Origin: Botryllus schlosseri | Taxonomy: Eukaryota | DNA: 64,000 bases | Direction: 5' to 3' | Assembly: GCA_051294905.1 (NCBI GenBank) | Contig: CM119372.1 | Span: 38,194,001-38,258,000, forward strand | Part shown: piece after piece, positions 63,709-64,000 of the stretch | Layout of the letters: each line of letters begins with the position of its first letter | How positions within the stretch are numbered: position 1 is the stretch's first letter | Notes under the pieces: generated by a model | What the model saw: only the letters and a program-made list of their open reading frames with translations | The model's database searches: none | Told to the model about the DNA's origin: nothing | Made by a program: the position numbers and the translations under genes

Positions 63709-63868
63709 TATATATGATCTTGTACAACGCGAGCTCGTTAAAAGCCTCCTTCCCACACTTTCCAACACGGCTGTAACTGCTCCACACACGGGCAGTAGCG
63801 ACCTTTTTCATGATGGATCTGACAGATTGGCCAATTGTGTCGCCTCCAACTGAGCAGAATCCAGCTAC
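63709..63868 (-). CDS. Exon of a DUF4806-like protein
   Basis: TTTCAG...GTGAGC boundaries. VAGFCSVGGDTIGQSVRSIMKKVATARVWSSYSRVGKCGKEAFNELALYKIIY fits the recalled DUF4806 pattern (xGG...VRxIM...YS..G..GK..F..L). Confidence 0.7.
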
Positions 63869-64000
63869 CTGAAATCATAATATACAAACAGAATTATTCA
63901 AGTGCAACGATCATACCCGGCAAGGACTCCACAAAAAGACTTGGACAACTACAAATGTTTTAGCTTTTCCTGATTAGATTGGAATTAGATTTAAATTAGA

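Overview
Eukaryotic (animal) genomic DNA, inferred to be from a marine invertebrate, possibly a tunicate. It is not prokaryotic. 0.9-4.3 kb holds three short intronless same-strand genes: TMEM186, RMI2 and SNAPC5. About 9.9-38.8 kb is dominated by two related giant fold-back elements with AGTAGT termini, modular GC-rich subterminal tandem repeats, a 41-bp internal tandem array and decayed ORFs. They look like non-autonomous, snap-back derivatives of a Polinton/Maverick-type element. Element 1 (9859-22178) is a 12.3-kb mosaic palindrome with a 199-bp loop. Element 2 (from 23127) has near-identical 2745-bp arms. One of these arms carries a 5.8-kb hAT insertion with further nested MITEs and ends fused to a truncated Gypsy gag-pol. 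The rest of the window is rich in hAT MITEs, many with 8-bp TSDs. It also holds decayed hAT transposases and spliced exons missed by the ORF track (a DUF4806-like gene and a SAMD3-like/CACTA-type exon). All calls were made by eye; no database searches or alignments were run.
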